From contig CAWGVG010000022.1 in assembly GCA_963825865.1 (NCBI GenBank), positions 42,050-106,049 on the forward strand: a stretch of DNA of 64,000 nucleotides, given 5' to 3'. Positions 34,102 through 46,153 of this stretch are shown here, in pieces. The notes under the pieces are model-generated. The model worked only from the letters and a program-made list of their open reading frames with translations. It did not search any database and was not told the DNA's origin. The position numbers were made by a program, and so were the translations under genes. The number at the start of each line of letters is the position of its first letter. Positions within the stretch are counted from its first letter, which is position 1. The DNA comes from an uncultured Nitrososphaeraceae archaeon (GTDB lineage Archaea > Thermoproteota > Nitrososphaeria > Nitrososphaerales > Nitrososphaeraceae).

Positions 34102-35004
34102 ATGGCTACTACTACTGATGAAGTAATGCAACACGAATTTGTAAACGTTAATGGAATTAGAATGCATTATGTAACAATGGGAAACGGTCCATTAATCGTG
34201 TTTTTGCATGGATTCCCTGAGTTTTGGTATTCCTGGAGACACCAAATTCCTTTCTTTTCAAAGCACTTTAAAGTAGTTGTACCGGATATGCGTGGATATG
34301 GTGAAACTGAAAGACCTACGAAAATAGATGAATATAGAATAGAAAAGCTAGTTACAGATATTGTAGAACTAATTCATTCTCTAGGACAAGAAACGGCAAC
34401 AATAGTAGGGCACGATTGGGGAGGTGCAATAGCTTGGTCTATTGCAATGATGGCATCTGGAATAGTAGAAAAGTTAATTATTATGGATGCGCCTCACCCT
34501 GCAGTATTTCAAAAGAATGCATTTAGAAACTATGAGCAAATGCAAAAGAGTTGGTACATGTTCTTCTTTCTTTTACAAAATGTGCCTGAGAGTATGCTAA
34601 GCCGCAATAATTTTGAATTGCTCAAATATGTATTTGAAATATCAATAAAAAGAAAAGAGAAGTTTACTCAGAAGGATGTCGAAGGCTATGTCTCTTCTTG
34701 GAGCAAGGAAGGAGGGATAACTGGAGGAATAAATTACTATAGATCTAACCTAAATGCAGAATTTTGGGGAAGTCTTGATCAAAGCATTCCATTTCCAAAG
34801 ATAAAATCTCCTACATTGCAAATATGGGGAGAAGAAGATATATTTTTAGGAAAGGAGCTAACAGAAGGAACAAATGAATTTGTTGATGCACCATTCTCAT
34901 TGAAGATTATACATAACTGCGGTCATTGGATACAGCAAGAAGCACCAGAAGAGGTCAATCAGATTATAGATGAATTTCTTGATTATAATTTAAATAAAAA
35001 TTAG
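34102..35004 (+). CDS. Alpha/beta hydrolase, epoxide hydrolase-like
   Basis: HGFPEFWYSWRHQ, PDMRGYG, GHDWGG, SWY, NYYR, GHW..QE. Confidence 0.92.
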   Translation: MATTTDEVMQHEFVNVNGIRMHYVTMGNGPLIVFLHGFPEFWYSWRHQIPFFSKHFKVVVPDMRGYGETERPTKIDEYRIEKLVTDIVELIHSLGQETATIVGHDWGGAIAWSIAMMASGIVEKLIIMDAPHPAVFQKNAFRNYEQMQKSWYMFFFLLQNVPESMLSRNNFELLKYVFEISIKRKEKFTQKDVEGYVSSWSKEGGITGGINYYRSNLNAEFWGSLDQSIPFPKIKSPTLQIWGEEDIFLGKELTEGTNEFVDAPFSLKIIHNCGHWIQQEAPEEVNQIIDEFLDYNLNKN

Positions 35005-35042
35005 CGTAAATATCTGCATCATACTTAAGTTACAAAAAGAGC

Positions 35043-35303
35043 GGGTTTGAAGTTGACGCTTTCACTGATCCCGCGAAAGCATTAGCAAATTTTAAAGATG
35101 GTATTTATGACCTGTTGCTTCTCGATGTTAAAATGCCAAAGATGAAGGGATTTGAACTATGTCAACGCATCAATAAGATAGACAATAAAATAAAGGTCTG
35201 TTTTATGTCAGCATTTGAATCATATGCTGAAGAATTTGAAACGGCATTTCCCAACCAAAGTGAAAACTGTTTCACAGGTGGTGTTTTGTCCTTATTATTA
35301 TAA
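35043..35303 (+). pseudogene. Receiver-domain response regulator, 5'-truncated
   Basis: GFEVDAFTDP..ALANFK..YDLLLLDVKMPKMKGFEL..KVCFMSA. Confidence 0.75.
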
Positions 35304-35591
35304 GGATAATCGCTCTACCAAGAATTCTGCAGATCTCTTCAAAGCTTTTACAATGTTGCTATACTTAGTAAAGATTGTCAGAAGGAGTATGAAAAATGCA
35401 TGGTTGGATTAAATGCAATTACAAGGGAAGCATGGAATACAGAAGATAAAGACTGCTATAGGAAAAGGAACGTTTGAGATCGGCCATAGACAGCATAGCA
35501 ACAGATCGAAACATATCAGCAGCAGTTTTTACAAATCAAAAATATGTTTGACTACCAATAAAATAAACGGTTTCAGTTAGAAGAATTAAGA

Positions 35592-36191
35592 ATGGTGGTT
35601 TCTGTGGGGGACATGAATGATCTTAGTACTAAGACTTCAGAAGGTTATTATTATAATGAATCTAAAATGATACTCGGTTCCTTTGACCCAAAATACTATG
35701 ATGAAATTATAACAAAACTAAATCTTCAGACAAGAGAAGAATATGAACGTGCTTCGCAATACCCGCAGAAACAAAACCAACAAGAACTGCATAGTCAAAA
35801 AAAGAGGAGGAGGAGAATACTTCTAGTTGATGATGAGCCTGACATCTGTATAGTTTACCAAATAGTGTTACAAGATGCAGGCTATGAATGTAAATCATAT
35901 ACCGATTCAGTCAAAGCTCTACAAGAATTCAGAGTTAATTATTATGATTTGATTCTACTTGATATCAAAATGCCTGTACTAAATGGATTTGAGCTATGTA
36001 AAAAGATAAGGGAAGTTGATAGGACTGTACATATCATTTTTATAACAGCTTCAGAGGCATATTATGAGAAGTTTAGAGGTCAGCACTTTTTGGAGCTAGG
36101 TAAGATTAACCATATTCAAAAGCCAATTGGAAATGAAGAGCTAGTACAGATAGTAAATATGATAATAGCGAATTCAATAACTATAGACTAA
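35592..36191 (+). CDS. Response regulator receiver with N-terminal extension
   Basis: ILLVDDEPD, LLDIKMPVLNG, IIFITA, IQKP. Confidence 0.88.
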   Translation: MVVSVGDMNDLSTKTSEGYYYNESKMILGSFDPKYYDEIITKLNLQTREEYERASQYPQKQNQQELHSQKKRRRRILLVDDEPDICIVYQIVLQDAGYECKSYTDSVKALQEFRVNYYDLILLDIKMPVLNGFELCKKIREVDRTVHIIFITASEAYYEKFRGQHFLELGKINHIQKPIGNEELVQIVNMIIANSITID

Positions 36192-36241
36192 ATTTAAACA
36201 CATACTTGGTTGGCAGCATCTATTATTGACTATAGGACATT

Positions 36242-36433
36242 TTAGTAACACATAGTACAAATGAATCCTTTGAGTTTCTCTCTCATGTTTACCATATCCT
36301 TTTTTGTCTTACCATGCTTTTTGATATCATGCTCTGCAGCGCTTCTTATAACTTCTTCTTCAGTCTCTCCTGTCACAATATAATCACAGTAGTCGTAGCA
36401 CCCAACTTCACGACATGACAATAACTTTTTCAT
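36242..36433 (-). CDS. DUF1059 small metal-binding protein
   Basis: LSCREVG..CDYIVTGETEEEVI..AAEH..KKHG. Confidence 0.8.
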   Translation of the reverse strand: MKKLLSCREVGCYDYCDYIVTGETEEEVIRSAAEHDIKKHGKTKKDMVNMREKLKGFICTMCY

Positions 36434-36832
36434 ACTTCGTATATAGCATCTAAGAATAAGTTACTATTATAGTCAAGTAAAGCTTAGTTATGATTTATAC
36501 AAATGGTTTATGATTGATTAATTGATTAAACAATGGATATTAGATATTAGAGCTATCCTAAAAATGCTGGAAACTCATCCTACTTATTTTACATTTCCTA
36601 ATTTGTCAGAAAATACATTGACGAAAGGCTGCCCGAAGAATATGAGAAATGTCTTGTTGGTTTGACAGCAATATTAAGAGAGGCATGTAATGCTCCACAG
36701 CAGTCAGATGAAAAGAGAGAAAAAATACAAGCTTTATCGCGCGCGATTGTCTAATAAATGAATGAATCTAAAACCAAAAATTGTAATTATTGTTTTTTGA
36801 TTTTGTTATCTGAAAGGTTTGAAGTAAAATAA

Positions 36833-37300
36833 CTATTTCACTACCATTACAGGACAATGTGCATAAGTTACGACATTTATAGCAACACTTCCAAGTAGTA
36901 ATTTCTTAAAACCTGATCTTCCTCTTGTTCCAACAACGATCAGATCAACGTCTTTATCTTCAGCATAATCTACTATACCTCCTGCTGTATTTGTAGAAGC
37001 AATAATTTCTGTTTTTATCTGAATATTCTTTTCATTTGCTTTGAGTTTAACTTTATCCAAATATTTCTGAGCTTCTTTGTTCATGTCTATTGTATAGTAA
37101 GCTGCTGTTGTCATTTCTCCAGTTGATCCAAATAAATCAGCGTCAGCTGGGTGTATAACATGCAAAGCATAAAGAAGTTCTGCATTATATTGTTCAGATA
37201 TAGATACAGCATAATCTGCTGCATCCATTGACGCATCAGAGCCATCTATTGCAATTAATATTTTGGAGAATATTGTCTTTTGACTAGCAGCAGTTGACAT
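36833..37300 (-). CDS. Universal stress protein
   Basis: KILIAIDGS, DLIVVGTRGRSGFKKLLLGSVA..VV..AHCPVMVVK. Confidence 0.93.
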   Translation of the reverse strand: MSTAASQKTIFSKILIAIDGSDASMDAADYAVSISEQYNAELLYALHVIHPADADLFGSTGEMTTAAYYTIDMNKEAQKYLDKVKLKANEKNIQIKTEIIASTNTAGGIVDYAEDKDVDLIVVGTRGRSGFKKLLLGSVAINVVTYAHCPVMVVK

Positions 37301-37455
37301 ATATGTATGTACTTTTAGTTAAAAAAGAAGATCTATTAAAATTCATGTCTTAGAGTCATCATAGGTTCAGATCCTATCTCTTGTTGACATGCCATGAATA
37401 TACTATATATATTATTAAAGAACTATTACTTCAATACCTTTGATCATACATGTAT

Positions 37456-38331
37456 ATGTCTGCTGATCAGAGACTAACCAAATTTACAAAAGAAGGTAAG
37501 GATTGGGAAAGGAAAGCTACCAGTATACCTGGCATATTCTTACTTAGGTTACCTGGGCTAAGGTCAACTGCTCCTTCCTTTATACTTGGACCATTTTACG
37601 TACGCTGTTCTAGCACAAGAAATTACATGATAAGCTGTATAGATGACTGTTCAAGAAAAGTTGCTAGCAAGTGGTCTGAAAGAAAGAGGAGCATTGATGT
37701 TTTGAATGTACTAGAGGAGTGGATTATGGATAACGGAAAGCCCAGGAAAGTTATGCATGACAACGGTAAGCAGTTTACATCTAAACTATTCAAACACTTT
37801 CTATATAAGAATAACATAAAGGATAAACCAATTCCAAATTCATATCCACAGTTACAAGGAAAGATAGAAGCATATAACAAGATTGTAAAGAATGAGTTCT
37901 TGACAGTTGAAGAAATAACAAGTATTGATGATGGAAAACTAAGGTATGATATGTTTGTCAAAGCATATAATGAAACTAGGGAACATGGTGGAATAAATGG
38001 TCTTACTCCTTCTGAAAGGTTTGTACAAAGGTTAATTAAATCTAAGACATATACAAAAAGGAAGCAAGAAAGTGTAACCTATGTAGGTAATCAAAATTGT
38101 TACCCATCTGTGTAAGTACAACACTTAGCTATTAAAATAAATCCTGTTGATTCGACTGGTTCTGTTACCAAGAAAAGAGGAGTTGTAATTAGGTCTAGTT
38201 ATGAGCTAGCGCAAATTAATAAACTGCTTTCAAATCCAAAACTTCCTCAGTTAGCAAAAAGTATGGACGAAGTAAATCCTGAAGTAAAACGACTTACGGC
38301 TACAAAGGAATCAGATATTTTTGAGATCTAA
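37456..38331 (+). pseudogene. Conserved hypothetical gene interrupted by an IS481 fragment
   Basis: MSADQRL...GLRSTAPS (to about 37580) rejoins in frame with LAIKINPVD...KKRGVVIRS...DIFEI* (38125-38331). Confidence 0.75.
37581..38123 (+). mobile_element. IS481-family element, left half deleted
   Basis: rve-type core ILGPF, IDDCSR, HDNGKQF, YPQLQGKIE, YN..REHGGINGLTP. Subterminal TGTAACCTATGT-like repeats and a terminal ...ACA. Confidence 0.85.
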
Positions 38332-38371
38332 TACTACTGGTAATAATTATAATGATGACCAAGAAGTTAAT

Positions 38372-38963
38372 ATGGCTAAGCCATCAGACGTTCTTAGACG
38401 CCTTGAAAAGATGGCCAAAAATGAATTTGTTCCATCTATAGGCCCTGTCAAAGGTAGAATCATAACAGAAATTATCAAAAAATATAATCCAAAAAACATT
38501 CTTGAGGTTGGCACTTTGTATGGTTACTCTGCTATACTGATGGCTGCTGCTGCTGATATGCGTCATGCAGAGGGAAAAGTAGCAACTATAGAAATAGACC
38601 GATCAGTTGCAGATATCGCAAGAAAAAATATAGATGATGCTGGCCTTTCAGAGATAATAAATGTTATAGTTGGTAATGCTTTAGAGAGTAATTCCCAAGC
38701 TTGATTTGAAATTTGACTTGTTATTTTTAGATGCAGCCAAAGATGAATATTTGACATACCTGAAGTTAGCTGAAGACAAGGCTCTGAATAAAGGTGCTGT
38801 AATTGTTGCAGATAACGTAGAAGTCTCCAAAAATGAAATGCTAGATTATTTGGAGTATGTAAGGAGTTCTGGTGGAATATACAAAAGTGAAACTATCGAA
38901 ACTACATTGGAGTTTACTCCAAATGTACGAGATGCAATAGAAGTAAGTATTAAGGTTACTTGA
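38372..38963 (+). CDS. O-methyltransferase (frameshift near 38690)
   Basis: PSIGPVKG, ILEVGTLYGYSA, FDLLFLDAAKDEY, GAVIVADNV. Confidence 0.88.
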
Positions 38964-39010
38964 TGATGAAATAATATCTTCAGCATTTGTCCATGATACT
39001 AATAAGAGGT

Positions 39011-39661
39011 CTAAGGGCCGCTCCAGTCAAAAGGAATATACTTACTCGACCTGCCATTCCACTCCCATTTAAAGCCCATTGCATCCACCTCATCAGTTAC
39101 AGCTTTTCCCCATGTTGCAACTGCTCCAGGTCCTACCTCGCTTCCAGGTGGGTTAAGTGTTATAACCCGTTTGCCAGTCGGAGTCATAGGTCCACTTAAG
39201 GCTTCAGCCTTCGCAACCACCTTTCCCGGTATCTCTGCGCTCCAATGACCAAGATCGTCTGCGACTTCGAATTTGATAGGAGCAAACTCTAGTCCACGGA
39301 CCTCTCCTATCAGCTTGGCAAATTCGGCCATAAAGCCACCAGCCTTTCCGGTGAAAATCATCTGCAGAGCTTCTCGCTGTTGTTGATTGGCTAGCTCATC
39401 AAAGAATAAGCCAAGATTTATTTTTGTCTTTCCGTCACCTGCCCAGATATTACCCGTAAAACTTCCCAGCCCTAATACGTTTAAACCATCTAGAGCTGTT
39501 TCACCATATTGTCCCTTATGTATATGGTATACAAGTACTGCATCGCAATCACCAAAAGTCGGAGTCTGGGCGAACTCGCATGGACATGGTATGTTGCAGT
39601 TGCAGACGTCAAACCAACCTCCCGAAACCATCCACTTCGGTATATTAGTAGTAGTCGCCAT
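39011..39661 (-). CDS. DUF1326 domain protein
   Basis: W..SG.WFDVCNCNIPCPC..AQTPT.GDC, A...QREAL..IFTGKAGG, FDWSGP. Confidence 0.85.
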   Translation of the reverse strand: MATTTNIPKWMVSGGWFDVCNCNIPCPCEFAQTPTFGDCDAVLVYHIHKGQYGETALDGLNVLGLGSFTGNIWAGDGKTKINLGLFFDELANQQQREALQMIFTGKAGGFMAEFAKLIGEVRGLEFAPIKFEVADDLGHWSAEIPGKVVAKAEALSGPMTPTGKRVITLNPPGSEVGPGAVATWGKAVTDEVDAMGFKWEWNGRSSKYIPFDWSGP

Positions 39662-41433
39662 ATCGCTAAGTACCAGGATAACTATTTTAGCATTACATGT
39701 ATTTTGATTTGGGTCTTTAAAAATGACCCCGGACCATATCTACCAAAACAACCGACAAAGACCCTCAATATCTCTTCCTCAGGTAGGAGGCATGACTCTA
39801 TCTACTACCATCTAGGGGCTCTTTTGCTTCAGGAAAAGTAACCATTTATCTACTTTCTCGCCAATTGTTTTTGTCATTGAACATTTTCTCTTCTCTCCTT
39901 CCTCTTCTTGCATAGTCATTCATTCTATATCGGTTCATCAGCTGGCGGCTTTGCGCTTGAAGCGGCGTCTTTGGTGTTTCATTTTGATGACTAACCATGT
40001 TTCTGTCTACTACCATCCATATGCGATTGAATTAATAGAGCTATTTTCTTATCTATGAATAATACTTGCAATATAGGATCAAACCATTTCTCCGTTTCTA
40101 TGTTATTTATCCATTAGGCGTTTATCAGCCCAGTTTCAAAGTGATTTTATTTTACGAAAGATTTTGTAAGTAAATATGGATCTTGACAATTTGTTGGCTT
40201 CATGAATCTGTGTGCTAAAAATTGGATAGAAGTTCTTATGCTCGTTGACTGCCTAGGGAAAAGGGAGATCATTTGAAGGAGCGTTACCCGGAGCATTGCC
40301 TGAAGGAGAAATAACGGGTTTACTGCAAGATGGTGTTTGTCACATTTCCTATCAGAGCACCACCACTAGGGGCGCTAGTATTAGAACTTGTACCGGGTTT
40401 GGTGAAGGTGCCTGTCGAGGCGGCACAGGAGCTTGCGTTCATGGTTGAGCTGATGCAGATGACGATGGCACAGAAGAAGCTCTAGCATTTGTTAAGATAG
40501 GAGTTGCGGCCATATTATTCTGTGCATTCTACTACATAGGTGCTCCCAAATAATAGAGTTATTTCTATTGCAATACGGCGACACTTTCCAGACATGTCTG
40601 GGTAACTGAAACTGGACATTACGTGTTTTGACTTTCCTTTCCTCGTTTTGTCCTCACCTTTTCCATCTTGTTTGCAATTCTTTCTTACTCACACGATTGC
40701 TGTCTCCTTTCAATATCTTGCACTCTTGCTGTCAAAACCATAAGCTGATCTGATAGCCGTGCTATGGCATCATCTTTAATCTTGTCACGATTTCTCAATG
40801 ATCTTCTGATAAATGCTGAATCTCAAGGAAATAGATCATTAAGCTTAAGTGTCTTAATACAATAAGACTTGACTCTTTAGTCCTTCATGGGTGACAAAAT
40901 TGAGTCGAATTTGTTCTGAATCGGCAGCTGCCTTTCATGTACTGATAAAGACCTGAATTATTTTATTTATCACTTTTTATCTTCACTGACAAGGTTACTG
41001 CTGCGTTTGCAGATTCTTGAATATGATCCCTAGATTCGGTTACAGACATTATAAGTTTCATGTTTTCTGATTTTCTTCTAGTCACGTTCACATACGCTTC
41101 AAATCCTATCAACTTCTACTACTAGCAGAAGCAGGAAATTTAGGGCAGCGATCTATCTATCTATTTATCTTTAAGACAACTTGAGACAAAAGGCCTATAA
41201 TGCAGGTCTGGAAAAAAGCAACTCTCAAGCAGATTACCTAAAATCACAAGCAAACAACAAGCCATAAACTCGTTTTCAATGATAATCATCTTTCTATCAT
41301 ATACAGATAGAATATCTTCGCCATTTGATGTCAAGTCTCATCAATATGACTGAAACTGAGAGAATAGAGGATTCGGAAGTTCTACACTTTGCTTTCTCTG
41401 AATGAACGTTCAAGAAAATAAAATGTTAGAAAC

Positions 41434-41634
41434 TCAAGCCATTTGTCGTGGTGCTAACTGCGATGGTGGTTGAGTATTCAGAGCATTTGGAACGTTTGGA
41501 TTTACATTTGGGGCTGCCGTACCACTACTTGTGTTAGGGCATGCTTGAGCTGATTGAATAGCAACACTACCTATCACTACAAACGCGCTTGCAAACACTA
41601 ACGCTAGAGCAGCTATTAGAACTGTTTTATTCAT
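41434..41634 (-). CDS. Small secreted peptide/protein
   Basis: Signal peptide MNKTVLIAALALVFASAFVVIGSVAIQSAQA, followed by a P/N/S-rich tail. Confidence 0.6.
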   Translation of the reverse strand: MNKTVLIAALALVFASAFVVIGSVAIQSAQACPNTSSGTAAPNVNPNVPNALNTQPPSQLAPRQMA

Positions 41635-41790
41635 TAGAAAATATCCTCGATTATATTATATAAAGGATTTGGTGGTAAATAGGAAACTAATAAAGCCAAG
41701 CTAATATTGTTTTTGACTTTTATCGAGCCCAAATATCATGTCAAATTTGATTCACATACTCTTGTGAATATGCAAATACCCATTGAGGGA

Positions 41791-41970
41791 TTAGTTTTGC
41801 TGTGATGATGATTCCAACATTTTTGCTTTATTAAAACACTCTTGGGCAGCCTTTTCTACGCCTAACCTAGAAAGACAATTACCTTTCTTTTTCCATGTAT
41901 ACGCGTCATTTGGATCTATCTCCAAGCAGTTATCATAACATTCTATAGCTTGTTTGTATTCGCCTAGCAT
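41791..41970 (-). pseudogene. TPR repeat protein (short or fragmentary)
   Basis: LGEYKQAIECYDNCLEIDPNDAYTWKKKGNCLSRLG...AQECFNKA. Confidence 0.7.
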
Positions 41971-42208
41971 GTTAAGTTATTGTCTTTTTCGTTCATAATA
42001 TCATGCCACTTATCTGTCCTAACAAGACTTTGAAGGCATTATATACTATTCAATTTTGGAAAGTTTTACAGAGCTATGATTAAGATGCTTATACTGATTT
42101 TGTTAGCTGAAGTAACGCCTCGCCGTAACGTGGTCTTATGAGTTCAAATATGCTGCTTGACGCATCTGACGGCGCATTTGAGCTAAAGCAATGTGTAGTT
42201 AGGTTTAA

Positions 42209-42514
42209 TCATGGAATAGAAATACCTACAGCCTTTAATTGATTGATTACGTAGCTCACCTCAGCTGCAGTAACTCTTGTTATCGTAGAATTCTTTCTAT
42301 GCTGCAGCATTGCATTTACAAGTTGAGATATCATTTCTGCATCATAAAAAGCGTTAGATTCAGACAGTAATTCTGCCACTTTAGGTACATCGGTATTGCT
42401 AGTTATCTTTCCACTAGTTATTAGCCCGCCAAACTTCTGAACTGATTCATATACTCCAATATTATATGCTATGAAAGCAATCTTTTCAGGAGGTAGAATA
42501 TCAATAGACTCCAT
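42209..42514 (-). CDS. Hypothetical protein
   Basis: 101-aa ORF with ATG start and protein-like composition. Confidence 0.65.
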   Translation of the reverse strand: MESIDILPPEKIAFIAYNIGVYESVQKFGGLITSGKITSNTDVPKVAELLSESNAFYDAEMISQLVNAMLQHRKNSTITRVTAAEVSYVINQLKAVGISIP

Positions 42515-42622
42515 AATACATCTAACTGATAATAGTCTGTATCATCTATACTTTATCCCGTTTTTCCCATAGTATAATCAATAAATACAAACTACATATT
42601 TTATACAAACTTACATGATATA

Positions 42623-42915
42623 ATGCCTTCCAAACTTCCTGATAGTGTTAAGTTACTAGTGGTACAACAATGGCTAACTGGTGCACAAAGGGATAAAATC
42701 GCAGCTGATAATGGCCTTAGCGTTGGAGCTGTAACAAAAAGTCAACGAATGGAGACATGCATTAGGTTTTTCTGCAGCAGACGAATTAAGGGAGCTGGCT
42801 GTTACATTAAAGAAAATTGGTATATCTGCTGCTCAATGTGCTCTAGGTTTCAGAACTGCAATGACGATGAATAGGTTAGGAGTAAAAGAGGATAACTTTG
42901 AACCATTTATGTCAT
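42623..42915 (+). pseudogene. HTH / coiled-coil protein N-terminal fragment
   Basis: VVQQWLTGAQRDKIAADNGLSVGAVT (HTH), then after a frameshift ELRELAVTLKKIGISAAQCALGFR. Confidence 0.55.
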
Positions 42916-42929
42916 CATTGTCGCTGTTA

Positions 42930-43265
42930 CCAAGATTCCATTTCTTTATAAGCTGATTATTCGCAATTGTGAAAGAATCTTGCGACATGATATAGTCAGA
43001 CTGATGGTTGAGTCTAAGGAAATAATACTTTCTATTAGGTGCGCCCAGATGGCTCTTTTCTTCATATGTTTTAAAAGCCTCCCTCTTCTAGCGCTTGTAT
43101 GTGGCGCAATATGGATTGTTGGCCTATTCCTATCTCCTTTGCTAACTGGTTAAACTACATCGGTTCCTCTGAGAAGAGCTGAGAGTATTTTTCGCCGGGT
43201 TACGTTACCAAGAACATCTAAAATAAAATTAGGGTTTATTTTTTTGTTATTTTATCTGCAATCAT
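42930..43265 (-). pseudogene. ArsR-family winged-helix regulator (degraded)
   Basis: ILDVLGNVTRRKILSAL, FNQLAKEIGIGQQSILRHIQALEEGG, GAPNRKYY. Contains stops and frameshifts. Confidence 0.7.
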
Positions 43266-43430
43266 TACAAATGCGAAGTTAACTATGTTAAGTAACATTC
43301 AAAAGATAAATGAACGGGTTGAGTTTTAACTATTTGGGAGTGATTAGGTAATATTATTAAATTCATAAGAAAAAGAATAAAAAATCCATTAACAACAGCA
43401 GCGGATGACAGCAGGAATAATGGTGGTAGT

Positions 43431-43700
43431 TTGAATTCTAAAGTAAAACAGATTATTATTTTAGGCATAATCCTATCAGTAATCGGTATTGCTGGTGCGA
43501 TTTATTACGGATTGCAATTTGTAAAAGAAGAAGTAAATGCAGGCGGGACGTTTCCCTATACTACGCCATCTCAAGTCAAAAACATATCACCTATAGACTT
43601 GGAAATAGTATTTGTCTTTGTCATGTTGGTAGGATTTGGAATAGTCACCTATGGATTCGTTGAAAGAGTAGATAAACCATTTGATTCATATCCAACATAA
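43431..43700 (+). CDS. Small two-TM membrane protein
   Basis: Two hydrophobic segments in an 89-aa ORF. Confidence 0.6.
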   Translation: MNSKVKQIIILGIILSVIGIAGAIYYGLQFVKEEVNAGGTFPYTTPSQVKNISPIDLEIVFVFVMLVGFGIVTYGFVERVDKPFDSYPT

Positions 43701-44157
43701 ATATGCATTTCGTAATCACTTGTAGTTGCTGCGAGCACCAGAAACATAGAATGACTAACCTTTTCTCATTGGTGATGATTTCTACTGAGCCACCTTAAAT
43801 GTAGTTGTACCAGCAAGCTCTAATTCTTGTCATACGATATTTATCAATTAAATTCTCTGCCAGTCTTAGAACTGATGAATAATTATCAATCTGTTTATAT
43901 CTTCTTCTGTATCTTTTGCAGTTGCTAGCTTTGATATTTTTATACAATTCCTTTACATCTTTACTCCCATTTTTCCATACTGATTAAGCTATTTGTACCG
44001 CAATGCTCGGAGGTAATTTTTGCATAGCCTCTTCATTGAATTTTATATGGTAAAACATTTCTGTAAAGGTTCATAGCTTAATGACATAGAATGCAGACGA
44101 AATTAACAAATTGAAAAGAGCTGTAATGCGAGCTGCACAGATTCTTGTTCTTTCTAT

Positions 44158-44493
44158 CTAAATCGCCTCTTCATTTTCTGCACCTGATTCGATGTCAATT
44201 GCACGTGCAATTGGCCAGATAAAGATCTTTCCCATTTTTAGAATTTGCTCTTATGATATTGATTGTATCCTTTTCTTTATCGTCAGGTACGACCACTTCA
44301 AGTTTGTATTTGTCACCAAATTCGGGCGTGTACATTTCTGTTCCTTTAGAGGCGTGGAGTTTCTCTGCAATAGTCTTACCTCTGCCTTTGACTTTTAAAT
44401 AGTAATGCCGCCAACGTTAATCTTTTTCAAAGCATCACTAATGCGTTTGACGTCGTTTTGAGGAATTATTACAGCTATTTAGACAAGTAGCAT
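44158..44493 (-). pseudogene. P-II family nitrogen regulator (early stop and a frameshift)
   Basis: ISDALKKINVGGIT, VKGRGK, T-loop LHASKGTEMYTPEF, KLEVVVPD, GKIFIWPI..AIDIESG.ENEEAI*. Confidence 0.85.
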
Positions 44494-44984
44494 ATCTTTT
44501 AATCTTTTATATTAAAAAATAGTGGTTTATTTGTAATAAAAATGAAAAACTACTTATATTTACTTAGATGATACCAATTGATTGTTCATCGGTTGCTCCG
44601 GATGCTTCTTTTCTATCTTTATCTAATTAATTTTGTGATGATTGTCTCAATCTAAAGATGCAACCTCTTAGCATTGAGCTGGGCTATTAACAGTCAGAAA
44701 GACAAGTCCAGTATAACAAGGATTGAAACTTTACTGACCCAGTATTAATGCAGAGTAAAAAAAGGTAGAAAGAGCTAACCCTGTATTATCGTGACAGATA
44801 CGCATTGATCTAATAGTTGCGCAATAAGATTATCAGAAAGTCGATCTATTCGAATTGTCTTGAATCGTCAGGAATAAAATAATGTCTCATTTAATCACAT
44901 AAAAATTGATAGATAGAAGATTTTTTCTAAATTAAGTATTTTAATATTTTTATGTCGGGCGTAGAATCTCTAATATATAGTAGT

Positions 44985-45543
44985 ATGTATCCACAGAAGT
45001 CTCCTGGCTGGCTTAGGGCTGTACAAATAGGTTTAGGAATTCTAACTATCGCTCTATCTATATTCGCTCTGGCATTTCCAGGCGCACCTATATTTCAGAT
45101 TATTTGGTTACTTGCATAGTATTATTCTTTGTTGGAATAGAAGAAATTATCGTTGGGATATTTTCACCTAGAAAGTCCAGATGGTCAATCTATAGGACTT
45201 GGGATACTTGTTCTTATTTTTGCAGGTATAGCAATGTCTTTCCCTGTTGCAGCAGCTATAACTATAATTATATTCATTGGTATTGCTTTTCTGATTAATG
45301 GTATTGCTAGAATAATAGAAGGGTTCTCAGGTAAGCATTCTGGTATATCACGAGCATTTCTGATCGGAGTAGGAATCTCTGGCTGTAGTACTTTCCGTTG
45401 CTGTGCTGGTATCTCCATTTTTTGGTGCAAGACTAGCAGGAACCATAATTGGAATAGGTCTTCTTGTAACTGGAATCCAAATGATTTTCGCAGGAATTCA
45501 AGGAAGACGTGCACAAACCGCCGGCAGCGATATTACCAGATGA
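44985..45543 (+). CDS. HdeD/DUF308 membrane protein (frameshifted)
   Basis: SPGWLRAVQIGLG, repeated TM hairpins FP..A, GIARIIEG, GIQMIFAG. Confidence 0.75.
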
Positions 45544-45649
45544 ATAAATTTTAATAGCTCAGAACAGCATTACGAGTAGACCAGTTCTTGCCAGAAATGT
45601 ATATTATATCATTTATATCTTTTTTACCAACTGAACTATTTTTTGAATA

Positions 45650-46030
45650 AGTCCTAAAGTGGAGCCAGTATGATAGCATGTAGATAATATCAAAGTACAT
45701 CTGAATTTGGGCAGAGCTCCTACTATAGAATTTCTTCCTAGCCCAATTGATGGAGACAGCCCCTGGCAACTATACGGGTTGCTGCTGAACGAATGCAATG
45801 AGGCAGGCTAGAAAACTAGAGCAGACTTTAGGCATTGAAATCTGCAGACTCGATATAGAAACAGGTGCAGAATGGGTAGTTTACGACCCAATAGCTAAGC
45901 TTATCTGTGAATACAATGGTCAGATAACAGTAGACGGGTTAGCAAAGATTAATGCTTCAAAGCCTTCTCGTAGAGGTGAAATAGATTACTTTGACCCAAG
46001 GTTTGCTGCAGAATATATCACTATTAGCTC
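45650..46030 (+). pseudogene. Fragment of uncharacterised protein, possibly mobile-element replication related
   Basis: KVHLNLGRAPTIEFLPSPIDGDSPWQLYG.. joined by frameshift to EWVVYDPIAK..KINASKPSRRGEIDYFDP. Lies directly upstream of a repeat array. The function is a guess. Confidence 0.35.
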
Positions 46031-46076
46031 TGTTAGAGTCTGTATGAAAAAACTGCACAATGGTTCATTTATTCAT

Positions 46077-46153
46077 CGTCAAATAATGCGTCAAATGAGT
46101 CAATAAGCAGTCAAATAGCTCGTCAAATACGCCGTCAGATCAGTCAAATAGCA
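46077..46153 (+). repeat. Tandem phased GTCAAAT array
   Basis: GTCA(A/G)AT-like units at 46078, 46090, 46099, 46110, 46122, 46134 and 46143. Confidence 0.85.

Noticed and set aside
42100-42160. Possible tRNA-like sequence (GTGGTCTTATGAGTTCAAAT)
   Set aside because: No consistent cloverleaf pairing could be built.
46077-46153. CRISPR mini-array
   Set aside because: Repeat and spacer lengths are far too short.
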